A stretch of 64,000 nt of DNA, from assembly GCF_014930455.1 (NCBI RefSeq), contig NZ_JAAIYO010000008.1, forward strand, positions 224,367-288,366, given 5' to 3'. Shown here one piece after another: positions 7,395 through 14,995 of the stretch. The translations under genes and the position numbers were made by a program. Position 1 is the stretch's first letter, and the number at the start of each line of letters is the position of its first letter. Source of the DNA: Corallococcus soli. Its GTDB lineage: Bacteria; Myxococcota; Myxococcia; Myxococcales; Myxococcaceae. The notes under the pieces were generated by a model. The model had not been told where the DNA came from. It made no database searches and worked only from the letters and a program-made list of their open reading frames with translations.

Positions 7395-10343
7395 TCAGCT
7401 GCGCAGGCCGCCCGGGAAGCGGCGCACCTTCTCGATGCCGCTCACGTCCACCTTCGCGGCGGAGGCCGCCTCGCCGTGGTGCGAACCCACCGCGCTGCCT
7501 GTCGCGGTCCCGAGCAACCTGCTCCGGTCGTCGGTGGGGATGACGTCCGGGATGGGCTTGTGCTGGTCCTCCACTTCGATGACCGCCGGGAAGGCGTCGG
7601 TGTCCGAGGGGCCCTTCCTCGCCTCCACGACGCCCAGGTGATCGAAGTGCTGGACCATGTTGTTGATCTGGTCGGTGTAGCTCGTCGCACCCAGCGGGTT
7701 GATCCAGGCGGCGCGGTTGGCGAAGGCGGCGAGGCGCTCCGCCAGCGGCTTCTGCGCGTCCATGACGATCTTGTAGTTCTGCTCCGTCAGGACCTCGTTG
7801 GGGACCCGCGCCGGCCAGAAGGACGGGACGTAGGGGTCATAGCGCTTGTCGTAACCAGAGCGGCAACTGGCCGTGTCCGTCTGCCAGGGGACGGCCATCC
7901 ACCGCGTGAGGCCCCCGGGGGGCTGGCCATACAGGGGACCGTTGGAGATGGTGACGCTGTCGGACGTGAGCACCTCGCCCAGGCTCGGCTCCTTCCAGCC
8001 AGGCCGCTGGTGGGCCAGCCGGAAGGGCTGCATGTACATCGTGGCCTGACGCATGGGCCAGGTCAGCTCGCAGCCGGGATGGAACGCGTCCGCCAGGCAG
8101 AACTCCAGCGCCGCGCGGGTGAGCATGTCCCCCTGCTGCTCCAGCGGCACGTCGGCGAGCCTGGCCGGCGGCTTGCGGTTCGGATCATGGTCGGCGACGA
8201 ACTCGCCCATCGCCCACAGCTGGAGCATGACCAACTGGGTGTCCGTCAGCGTCGCGTACTGCCGGGGCGTCGGCGCGGGCGGGATGTTCATGGCGTCGCC
8301 GTACAGCCAGGGCCACGGCGTGGGCGACCACGAATCCCTGGCGAAGTACCGGAACTGGTTCGCCACCACGCGCCGGTACTCGCGCGCCGCCGGGCTGGGA
8401 TCCCCCAGCCGCGCCAGCACCTTCGGATCCGTGAAGTCGAAGATCCCCTTCCAGCCGAAGCCCGCCGCGAAGCCCGCGTTGACCCATTGCAGGCCCGCCA
8501 TTCGCTGGAAGAGGGGCAGGATGTCGTGGGTGAAGGACGGCCGGGCCGGCAGGGGCAGCGTCGCCGCGCGGACGGCGACGTCGCGCATCAGGTCCCACAT
8601 CGTGCGGACCGACTTGCGCTGGGGCCCGTAGTTCGGGGGCGCCACGACGACCCAGGCGGGGACGACCTCCAGCGGCTTTCCGTCCAGCACCACCTCGGCG
8701 GTCACCGGGCCATCCGACACGTCGTCGTGCCAGCCCTCGTTGTTCGCGAAGGTGATGGCATACGTGCCGTCGTACGAGCGGGAGACGCCGTGTCCGCCCA
8801 GCACCACCAGCCGTCCGCTCTCGTCGGTGCGGATGTCCCCCAGGTGGACGTCCAGGTCCATGAAGGTGCCATCAAAGCGCTTGGGCCGGGCGTTCACCCC
8901 CTGCACGGACTGCGCGGCGGGCGTGATGGCCAGCCGCGAGCGGTCCTCCACGGTCGCGTTGCGCAGGGTGGTGGGAGGGGCCGACGACGCCTCGGGGATG
9001 TCGAGCGCCAGTTGGAAGCCGTACCAGGCGGCCTTGGTGTTCGCCAACTGCACGGACCAGCGCACCTTCGCGCCGGACTTCGGCACCGACAGCTCCCGGA
9101 GGATGCGCCCTTGGGCGTTGACGCCATAGATGCGGAAGCGCGCCGCCTGTCGCTTCAGCCGTCCTTGCGCGTCCCGGTAGAAGCCCTTGTCCTCGGCGGG
9201 AGGCTCCGTGACCTCCGGGCCGATGAAGTACCCCTCCGGGCTGCTGCCGACGCGAGCGACGCCGATGGACGGATAGATGACCGCCTTCACGATGCTGTCA
9301 TCCCGTGGCTCGGGCCGGACGCCGGTCCGGGGGGCGCCGGGCCGGGGTTCGGGGGCGTCCTTCAGGGGCTGGCCGTTGGCGCGGTGCCGGGCCGCGGCGC
9401 CCGCGGCGTAGACCGCCTTGCGCACCACCGCGATGGAGGATGCGTCGCAGGGGGCGTTCTCCGGAGGGGTCCGCCAGATGTTGAAGGACAGGCCCTGGCC
9501 GTAGTCGGCCTGCCCGCGCTCACCGATGTCCTGGCGGGGCAGCACCAGCGTGGCGATCTGCACGAACGGGCTCTGCTTCTCCGACCAGTCGTCCATGGCC
9601 CGGTCCAGCGGCATGGTGGACGGGTGGGTGCGGCGCTGGATCATGAACCGGAAGCGACAGCCGTCCCGCGAGAGCCGGTGGGCCATGTCCGTGGCCAGGT
9701 AGCCGGGGGCGTCATCCGGCACGTCCTGGGGCGCGGTCTCCGGCTCCAGTCTGTATTTGACCACCTCCTTGCCCAGCTTGAACGGGAGGATGGCCCAATA
9801 GGTGCTGGTGAGGACGCTGCCCCGCGGCGCCGTCATCGCGTCCAGCACGGCCCGGGTGTCGGGGTGCTGTTTGAGATAGCCGGGATAGTCCTTGAGGACG
9901 ACGCCCGCATAGGTGAACTCACACATCGCCTTCGCGTCCTGCACGAAGAAGCGCGGGAAGTTCTGCAGGATGAGGTCCGCGGTGGTGCCCGGCTCGCCCA
10001 GCCCGTTCGCGCCAGGGACTCCGAACAGCTTGATGCCCACGCCCAGCGTGCTGCCCAGGTCCGGATCGGTGGGGGAGGTGTCGCTGGAGAACCGCACCCA
10101 GGCTTCCATCCGGTCCTGGGCGAAGATGCCCACCCGCAGCTTGCGGTCCACGCCCGGAAGGACTTCGAAGTGGCCATGCGCCACGCCGTGCAGCTTGCGG
10201 AACACTGCGCGCTCGGCGGGTGTCTGGCCCAGTTGGATGCGCTTCTCCTGGGTCATGCGCACGAACATCTCGATGAGGCGCTCGGTGGGCTGTCCTTCGC
10301 AGTCGAAGCAGTCGGGAGGAGTGCCCTTCTCTTGTTTGGACAT
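7395..10343 (-). CDS. Fusion protein: N-terminal catalase-related heme domain plus C-terminal LodA/GoxA-like quinoprotein amino-acid oxidase domain
   Basis: Residues 1 to about 340 carry catalase-core-like motifs: FRKLHGVAHGHFEV (distal His region), FPRFFVQD (the PIFFIRD equivalent) and a downstream VRKAVY candidate proximal Tyr. The remaining roughly 640 aa start with IYPSIGVARVGSSPEGYFIGPE, which I recall as the N-terminal signature of the LodA family. The genomic context (a LodB-like flavoprotein directly downstream) supports this. Confidence 0.7.
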   Translation of the reverse strand: MSKQEKGTPPDCFDCEGQPTERLIEMFVRMTQEKRIQLGQTPAERAVFRKLHGVAHGHFEVLPGVDRKLRVGIFAQDRMEAWVRFSSDTSPTDPDLGSTLGVGIKLFGVPGANGLGEPGTTADLILQNFPRFFVQDAKAMCEFTYAGVVLKDYPGYLKQHPDTRAVLDAMTAPRGSVLTSTYWAILPFKLGKEVVKYRLEPETAPQDVPDDAPGYLATDMAHRLSRDGCRFRFMIQRRTHPSTMPLDRAMDDWSEKQSPFVQIATLVLPRQDIGERGQADYGQGLSFNIWRTPPENAPCDASSIAVVRKAVYAAGAAARHRANGQPLKDAPEPRPGAPRTGVRPEPRDDSIVKAVIYPSIGVARVGSSPEGYFIGPEVTEPPAEDKGFYRDAQGRLKRQAARFRIYGVNAQGRILRELSVPKSGAKVRWSVQLANTKAAWYGFQLALDIPEASSAPPTTLRNATVEDRSRLAITPAAQSVQGVNARPKRFDGTFMDLDVHLGDIRTDESGRLVVLGGHGVSRSYDGTYAITFANNEGWHDDVSDGPVTAEVVLDGKPLEVVPAWVVVAPPNYGPQRKSVRTMWDLMRDVAVRAATLPLPARPSFTHDILPLFQRMAGLQWVNAGFAAGFGWKGIFDFTDPKVLARLGDPSPAAREYRRVVANQFRYFARDSWSPTPWPWLYGDAMNIPPAPTPRQYATLTDTQLVMLQLWAMGEFVADHDPNRKPPARLADVPLEQQGDMLTRAALEFCLADAFHPGCELTWPMRQATMYMQPFRLAHQRPGWKEPSLGEVLTSDSVTISNGPLYGQPPGGLTRWMAVPWQTDTASCRSGYDKRYDPYVPSFWPARVPNEVLTEQNYKIVMDAQKPLAERLAAFANRAAWINPLGATSYTDQINNMVQHFDHLGVVEARKGPSDTDAFPAVIEVEDQHKPIPDVIPTDDRSRLLGTATGSAVGSHHGEAASAAKVDVSGIEKVRRFPGGLRS

Positions 10344-10483
10344 GGTGGCCTCGGAGCATGCGATGGATTGACGGCGCGTGAATAATGGCAGACGTCATGG
10401 TGCGCGGCAATCCGGACGGCCTCCGTGGGAAGAGGCCCAGGGGCGCCGGACTGGGGGACGCGCTGATGACGGCCACGTCCCTT

Positions 10484-11455
10484 TCAGTCGAGGAAGCGGC
10501 GCCACCAGCGGCGGGCTTCTGCTTCGGTGAACCCATCCCAGGTGTTGAAGGGGCGGAAGGGTTGGAGCCAGGGCTCCAGGACCCGGGCGAGTTCACGGTA
10601 TGCCAACAGCGGTTCATCCAGCTTCGTGTCTCCGGCCAGCGGGGCCGCCCCGAGGCTGACCACCGCGCGTCCCCCGGTGAGCTCCTGGACCGTGGTGCCT
10701 GGGGCGCTCAGGCGCGAACGAAGCGTCTGGGCACCGCCCACGGCTTCGAGCACCGAGGGGCCCAGGAAGTTCAGCCAGTGCACGCCGTCGATCTGGTCGC
10801 CCAGGTCCAAGGTGGCGCCTGTGTTCGGTACGTCCCAACCTGGATGCCGGATCAGCTCATCCTTGATGATGGGGAGGATTCTTGAGCGACCCCGCGTAAA
10901 GGAGAGCGACAGTCCGGCGTGGCCCGTCGTGGAGGGAAGAAGCTCCGCGAGCGCCAAGGCGAGTTCTCGTAGCTTGTCGGGGCCGTGGTCCGTGAGGAAG
11001 CGAATCGGGACACTGACGCTCAGTTCGCTGAGTTCGGGCGATGTCTCACGCCAGGGTAGCCGGGCCCAGTAACTGAATTCATAACCAGAGGGATCAAACG
11101 TGTCCCCGGTCAAGCGTACTCCGGTATCAAACCCTCGCTTGGTCAAGATCCAAAGCCAGGTGGAGTCCTCGTCCATGTCGTCGAGAAATCCAAAACGCGG
11201 CGTTTCCAGGTGCTTGCGGATGCTTGCCCAGGCGGGGGCTGTGAGCGGGAATGGATCTTCGTTGATGTCGGGGTTGTGGCCCGTCGTCAGTTTGTTGCCA
11301 TCATCTCCAATCTTCTGGAGGTAGATGTCGAGCAATTGCTGCATGAGCGGGGCCAAGGCCCTGTGGTCATGTGGCAGGTAGAAGATGACTCGTACCACAA
11401 GCTGCACCCGTGGGAGCTGCTCGGCGAAGTGCTCCGATGAGGAGTATCTAGTCAC
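10484..11455 (-). CDS. Hypothetical cytoplasmic protein, candidate immunity protein
   Basis: 323 aa with no signal peptide. Its start codon (11455) overlaps the stop (11448) of the upstream lipoprotein gene by 8 nt, which is toxin-immunity style coupling. Confidence 0.55.
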   Translation of the reverse strand: MTRYSSSEHFAEQLPRVQLVVRVIFYLPHDHRALAPLMQQLLDIYLQKIGDDGNKLTTGHNPDINEDPFPLTAPAWASIRKHLETPRFGFLDDMDEDSTWLWILTKRGFDTGVRLTGDTFDPSGYEFSYWARLPWRETSPELSELSVSVPIRFLTDHGPDKLRELALALAELLPSTTGHAGLSLSFTRGRSRILPIIKDELIRHPGWDVPNTGATLDLGDQIDGVHWLNFLGPSVLEAVGGAQTLRSRLSAPGTTVQELTGGRAVVSLGAAPLAGDTKLDEPLLAYRELARVLEPWLQPFRPFNTWDGFTEAEARRWWRRFLD

Positions 11456-12212
11456 GAATGACTCCCAGTTGAGGTGTGATGATCGCGGGATTGCACTCTC
11501 CTCCGATTTGCTTGTAGCGACCCATCTGTCGTTGCGTGGCGGAGTTGTCGCGCGGATTCTCCTTGCCGGCCTTGGTGCATGGAAACTTGAAGTCGTAGAT
11601 GCACTGGACCTGTCCTGGCTGGCCTGAGGCGTGAATCGCGAAATCCGGCTTCATGGATCCCGCCCGGCGGTCCGTTAATGCGTATTCGCCCGGTTTGCCG
11701 TTGGGGCCATAGCGTGGCTCAATGGAGATGTTGTCGGGAAAGAGTCGGAGGATTTCCTGCTGGGCGCACATGAAAGCGCGCTCGTGTTTCATCCTGCCCA
11801 GCTCCGTCTTGCGGGTGATGGGGGCGCCCTCTTTGTCCTTGCCGATGAGCCGATTGCATTCGGCATCATCCGGGATGACTCCCTTTCCGTACTCCCGCTC
11901 GTTGATCTTGAAATGCGCCTCCTTCGCGCATTCCACCAGCAGGTACTCAATCCGTGCCACGTCCGCGGCCTCCAGGACGCGCAGGGTGGCATGGGCAGTG
12001 GTCGCCGCCCTCGCGGCACGCCCTGCCCACGGCAGGATGGCGTCATTGCCCGTCTGGGTGTAGCAGGCGGGATTGCGAAGACAGATGTTCGTCGCGGAGT
12101 CCGCGGTCTGGCCGAAGTGGCCCGGCCCCGAAGCGCAGGACAGGCAGAGCAGGGCGGCCAGCCCACCCAGCCACCGGCTCAAGCCCTCAGTCATCCTCTT
12201 CGTCCATGTCAT
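11448..12212 (-). CDS. Small lipoprotein, candidate polymorphic (SitA-like) toxin
   Basis: The signal peptide and lipobox are MTWTKRMTEGLSRWLGGLAALLCLSCASG, with alternative ATGs at 12212 and 12194 and the sequence GACGAAGAGG just before 12194. The C-terminal 120 aa or so are charged and Cys-rich (KPDFAIH...YDFKF), consistent with a nuclease-like domain but unassigned. The N-terminal extension in the ORF track (up to 12374) was rejected. Confidence 0.55.
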   Translation of the reverse strand: MTWTKRMTEGLSRWLGGLAALLCLSCASGPGHFGQTADSATNICLRNPACYTQTGNDAILPWAGRAARAATTAHATLRVLEAADVARIEYLLVECAKEAHFKINEREYGKGVIPDDAECNRLIGKDKEGAPITRKTELGRMKHERAFMCAQQEILRLFPDNISIEPRYGPNGKPGEYALTDRRAGSMKPDFAIHASGQPGQVQCIYDFKFPCTKAGKENPRDNSATQRQMGRYKQIGGECNPAIITPQLGVIRD

Positions 12213-13176
12213 GCGCGGCCGCATTGAAGAGGCCGAACCCTCCGGCCTCCTCCCGCGTGATTCCCGCCCGCCGCAGCGCAGGCGAATCCCGCGTCTGTCC
12301 CACCGCCATCCAGCGCGGCGCGGCCAGCAGCACCCCATGCTTCGGCAGTGCCGGCAGCAGGTGCTCCAGATCATCGAGGATGAACTCCGCGTGCCCCACG
12401 CCCTCGGGCTCGCGCAGTCCCTCCGGGGAATGCCATGGGCCTCCGTCCAGATGGCCGAACGGAAAGCTCTCCGTCCCGCTCGCGCCCCCGTACCCGCCCT
12501 CCAACAACATCCGGACCCGCTCCGCGCTCCCCGTCACCGTGGGAAGACAGACCTGTGTCAACCAGGTCCACGTCGCCGTTCCCTGCTCCACGGGCCAGTC
12601 CAGCTCCACCGTGTCGTCTGCCTTCTCCAGCAGCGCGTCGATGTACGCACACGCCGCCCGGGGCCCCAGCACGCCGCCTCGCCGCGTCTCCGCCGCCGCC
12701 GCCTCCCACAGCTCCTCGCGGTAGTAGTGCGCGAAGTAGAAGCCGGGCTCCACCAGCTCCGCCTTCGCGCCGCGCGGAAGCTTCGCCAGCACCAGGCCGC
12801 TCGACAGGTACGCCGGCCCCGTGGCCCGGGGATGGAACTGGCTGAAGGCGGCACGGAACGCACGCACCGCCACGCCCGCCTCCTCCGTGGTCTCCATCCC
12901 GTCCGGGCACCCCGCCCTCAGGTGGAAGTCATCGAAGCGCAGGAACACGTCCACCCCGATGCCCATCGCGTTCTGGCACAGCGACTCCAGGCACGCCGCC
13001 AGCGGATGCCCCGCGCCCACCCGCTCCGGGGCCTCCCACGCCGCCGCCGTGATGGCCCGGGTCCGCGCGTCCACCCGGAGCGCCAGTCGCACCCGGCCCC
13101 CCTCACACGGTGCCTCCCCGTGGCGCACGTCCTCGCCCTCGAGCCGGCCCCGGTGTTCCTGCGCTGGAATCGTCAT
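12187..13176 (-). CDS. Hypothetical protein (conserved-looking, unknown function)
   Basis: The likely start is MTIPAQEHRG at 13176; the ORF track extends to 13251. Its 3' end overlaps the start of the downstream lipoprotein gene. It diverges from the MnmC-like methyltransferase gene. Confidence 0.5.
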   Translation of the reverse strand: MTIPAQEHRGRLEGEDVRHGEAPCEGGRVRLALRVDARTRAITAAAWEAPERVGAGHPLAACLESLCQNAMGIGVDVFLRFDDFHLRAGCPDGMETTEEAGVAVRAFRAAFSQFHPRATGPAYLSSGLVLAKLPRGAKAELVEPGFYFAHYYREELWEAAAAETRRGGVLGPRAACAYIDALLEKADDTVELDWPVEQGTATWTWLTQVCLPTVTGSAERVRMLLEGGYGGASGTESFPFGHLDGGPWHSPEGLREPEGVGHAEFILDDLEHLLPALPKHGVLLAAPRWMAVGQTRDSPALRRAGITREEAGGFGLFNAAAHDMDEEDD

Positions 13177-13232
13177 GCTAGGCAGCCATCCTTCCGCACC
13201 CGCCCCCTTCCAGGCCAGGAACCCGCGCCCCC

Positions 13233-14084
13233 ATGTCCGAGTCCGACCCATCGAACCCGCGCGACGGCGACTTCGAGCTCGTCACCCTGCGCAACGGCCA
13301 CCGCGCCGTGCGCCACCTGGGACACGGTGAGGTCATGCACCCCGCCGTGGGCCCGTGGCAGGAGGCCCTGGGCCTCTACGTGGACCAGCCCCGCCTCGCG
13401 GACCGCCTGCGCCAGCCCGGCCCGCCGCTCGTCATCCTCGACGTGGGCCTGGGCGCCGCCACCAACGCCGTCGCCGCGCTCACCCGCGCCCGCGAGCTGG
13501 GGGCCGAACGCGCAAGGGAGCTGCACGTCGTCAGCCTGGAGGTGGACCTGGCCCCGCTGCGCCTCGCGCTCGCGGACGCCGAGGGCTTCCCCTTCCTCCA
13601 GCCCTTCCGCGCCGCCGCGGAGAGCCTCATGCGCGACGGCTCCTGGGAGGAGCCCGGCCTCCGGTGGACCCTCAAGCTGGGCGACGCCGTGCCCTTCCTG
13701 GACGGCGAGCTGCCCCTGGCCGACCTCGTCTTCTTCGACCCGTTCTCCCCCGCGTCCAACCCGGACATGTGGACCGAGTCCGTGCTGGCCCGGGTGCGCC
13801 GGCACTGCCGCGAGGACGGGGAGGGGGCCCTGCTGATGACCTACAGCGCGGCCACGCCCACCCGCGTCACCCTGCTGCTCGCCGGCTTCTTCGTGGGCGC
13901 CGGGGCGTCCACCGGCACGAAGGGGGAGACCACCGTGGCCTCGACCCGCTTCGAATCCCTCGCCGCACCCCTGGGGACCCGGTGGAGGGAGCGCTGGGAG
14001 CGCTCGTCCTCCCGGGCCCCGCACGGGGCCGAACTCACGCCTGAGGTCGAGCGTCGCCTGCGGACCCATCCTCAGTGGCGCTGA
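13233..14084 (+). CDS. MnmC-like SAM-dependent methyltransferase (DUF752 / Methyltransf_30 family)
   Basis: 283 aa. It has the layout I associate with the methyltransferase module of MnmC: ...LVILDVGLGAATN... then DLVFFDPFSPASNPDMWT (the D-x-F-x-P-x-x-N-P-x-x-W motif). Confidence 0.65.
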   Translation: MSESDPSNPRDGDFELVTLRNGHRAVRHLGHGEVMHPAVGPWQEALGLYVDQPRLADRLRQPGPPLVILDVGLGAATNAVAALTRARELGAERARELHVVSLEVDLAPLRLALADAEGFPFLQPFRAAAESLMRDGSWEEPGLRWTLKLGDAVPFLDGELPLADLVFFDPFSPASNPDMWTESVLARVRRHCREDGEGALLMTYSAATPTRVTLLLAGFFVGAGASTGTKGETTVASTRFESLAAPLGTRWRERWERSSSRAPHGAELTPEVERRLRTHPQWR

Positions 14085-14652
14085 GCGCCCCCTCGGACGG
14101 CGCTTCACTCCAGCGCAGGTGGAACGTCGCGGCCGTGCCGTCGAACTCCTCCGGCAGCGCCACCACCCGCCAGCCGCCGCACAGCGCCACCGCGCGCGCC
14201 AGCAGCCCCGCCGCGAACGTCGGCTGATCCGCCAGCACGTCGTTCATCCACAGCTCCAGCGAAGTCGCGCTGCGCTCCACGATTTTGACTTCACTGAAGT
14301 TGTTGCCGGCGCGAAAGCCGAGGTCCGCGCGCAGCAGCATCCGCCGGGGGCCGGCGAGCTTGCCCACGCCCAGCAGCGCGCGACCAAAGAAGGTGCCGAA
14401 GTAGGCGTCCATGAAGCGCTCGCCCAGCGAGTAGTACGCCGCTTCCGCGGGCACGCCGCCGTAGACGTGGCCGGCCGCGATGCGCAGGAACTCGCGCCAC
14501 TGCTCCAGGGTGTAGGTGCGCTCCAGCTTCGCGTCGAGGTCCAGCCCCGCCCGCTTCAGGTGCTCCACGCACGCGGGCGTCAGGCGGTTCTCCAGCGCTC
14601 GAACGAACAACGCGTCGACGGTCTGGGCGAAGACAAGCTTCTCTGGATTCAT
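14035..14652 (-). CDS. Hypothetical protein, myxobacterial paralogous family (DUF2378/TIGR02265-like)
   Basis: Start MNPEKLVFAQTVDALFVRALE. I recall this kind of N-terminus from the Myxococcus-restricted paralog family. Its 3' end overlaps the convergent MnmC-like gene by about 50 bp. Confidence 0.5.
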   Translation of the reverse strand: MNPEKLVFAQTVDALFVRALENRLTPACVEHLKRAGLDLDAKLERTYTLEQWREFLRIAAGHVYGGVPAEAAYYSLGERFMDAYFGTFFGRALLGVGKLAGPRRMLLRADLGFRAGNNFSEVKIVERSATSLELWMNDVLADQPTFAAGLLARAVALCGGWRVVALPEEFDGTAATFHLRWSEAPSEGALSATEDGSAGDARPQA

Positions 14653-14995
14653 GCGGCGCACCCTACACGAAGCCCCCCATGCGATGCTCCCCCACCTGTG
14701 CACTTGCGTTCAGTGTCGCCGCCTCCGAGTGTCAGGAAGCCAGCGTGCGCCGCACCCGTCGTGAACTCCGGGTGTTTCGTGACCCCGGCTGCGCGGCACC
14801 CACGGCGCGCGCCACGAGTCCTCGCAGCCACGGGTGGGCCGGGTCTCCGTCGAACCGTTCGCGCCAGGCTGGATGAAGGAGGGGACGGAGGGGACGGGCG
14901 ATGCGCCGGCCACCTCCCTCCAACTGGTGCACGATGGGGGCCGACCGGAGATTGAACCGGAAGGTACGGCCACCCCACCGCGAGAAGAGCGCACC

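Noticed and set aside
14834-14995. Upstream in-frame extension of the Pat-like gene
   Set aside because: The ATG at 14996 (MDEQRPP...) precedes the conserved CoA-binding domain. The extension has no homology-like features and overlaps the end of the convergent DUF2378 gene region.
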